A stretch of DNA of 24,000 nt from Phycisphaerae bacterium. GTDB lineage: Bacteria; Planctomycetota; Phycisphaerae; UBA1845; Fen-1342. The position numbers were made by a program, and so were the translations under genes. This document shows, piece after piece, positions 23,459 to 24,000 of this stretch. The notes beneath the pieces were generated by a model that did not search any database, was not told the DNA's origin, and worked only from the letters and a program-made list of their open reading frames with translations. Within the stretch, counting starts at the first letter, position 1. Every line of letters begins with the position of its first letter. The stretch is taken from assembly GCA_963666925.2 (NCBI GenBank), contig CAXXTC010000006.1, positions 90,846 to 114,845 on the forward strand, written 5' to 3'.

Positions 23459-24000
23459 CTACTTGTTGCTCTTGGCGTCACCCTGTGCCTCGTGCCGCAC
23501 GTTGGGCTCGAGCCGTTTCACCTCACGCCTGGCCACCTTCAGCTCCAGATGCTGATAGTCGGGGTCGGCGGAGTTCGTGTAGATATCAACTACCACCGGC
23601 TCTTCAGGCATCTCCGCGTACGGCGGGCAGGACACACGCAACTCGTACCGCTTGATCTTCAGACCCCGCCGCTTTGCGTCCAGGCCCACCAGTGTCGCCT
23701 CGACCAGCTTGTTGTTCGACTCCACCCGCTCAATCTCGATCGCGTCCTTGGCCCGGAAGTGCACCCAAACCGGGTAGTCGGTCCGCTCTGCCACCGGCGG
23801 CAGAACATACAGCGTCGCCGGCGTGACGAACACGCTCGGCGTGACATTGGCGGAAACCGCGTACATCAGCCGCGGAACCTCCTTCAAATCCGTTTCCAGC
23901 CACACCATCCGACGATTCCACCCACGCTTCAACGGCGGCTCCGTCGTGGCCCGCAACTCGTACTTCCGCCCCGGCTCCAGCTCACGCAGCTCAATCCTGA
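23459..24000 (-). CDS. Paralogous secreted-type protein, C-terminal part (the gene continues beyond the right edge)
   Basis: The frame stays open to position 24000 (RIELRELEPGRKYEL precedes the track start, which is a TTG). Its C-terminal module aligns with the neighbour: AIEIERVESNNKLVEATL / PLKIEKIESTCPGVECTV and LRVSCPPYAEMPEEPVVVDIYTN / VRVNLPAYAEVPDEGAQVVIHTD. Confidence 0.75.
   Translation of the reverse strand, partial: RIELRELEPGRKYELRATTEPPLKRGWNRRMVWLETDLKEVPRLMYAVSANVTPSVFVTPATLYVLPPVAERTDYPVWVHFRAKDAIEIERVESNNKLVEATLVGLDAKRRGLKIKRYELRVSCPPYAEMPEEPVVVDIYTNSADPDYQHLELKVARREVKRLEPNVRHEAQGDAKSNK

Overview
High-GC window (roughly two-thirds G+C by eye), probably from a Planctomycetota-like bacterium. 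That guess is inference from the DUF1573 'SCGCT' proteins, a CPxC zinc-ribbon membrane protein, TPR/PD40 lipoproteins, and a dcw cluster that stops at ftsQ with no ftsA/ftsZ. Positions 1-18,000 are mostly housekeeping: an RluA-family pseudouridine synthase (partial), a CdaA diadenylate cyclase fused to a YbbR/CdaR-like region, yggS, a stand-alone Clp_N protein, a PD40/TPR protein with one CXXCH motif, yjbQ, thrS-infC, two tandem paralogous Gly-rich membrane proteins, ftsQ-ddl-murB-murC, and a divergent O-antigen-ligase-like gene. Positions 18,000-24,000 look more accessory: small orphan genes, about 1 kb with no convincing gene, and two paralogous DUF1573 genes. I found no rRNA, tRNA, CRISPR array, recognisable transposase or integrase, or known defence system. 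Four observations stand out. (1) A block of about 2.5 kb (about 18.1-20.6 kb) has the opposite G/C strand polarity to the rest of the window. (2) Three reading-frame breaks occur: two in the murC 3' end and one in the O-antigen-ligase-like gene next to the left edge of that block. (3) The paralogous membrane-protein pair sits where ftsA/ftsZ normally are. (4) CdaA and CdaR are fused into one ORF. Many long ORFs in the track are antisense shadows of real genes and were rejected.
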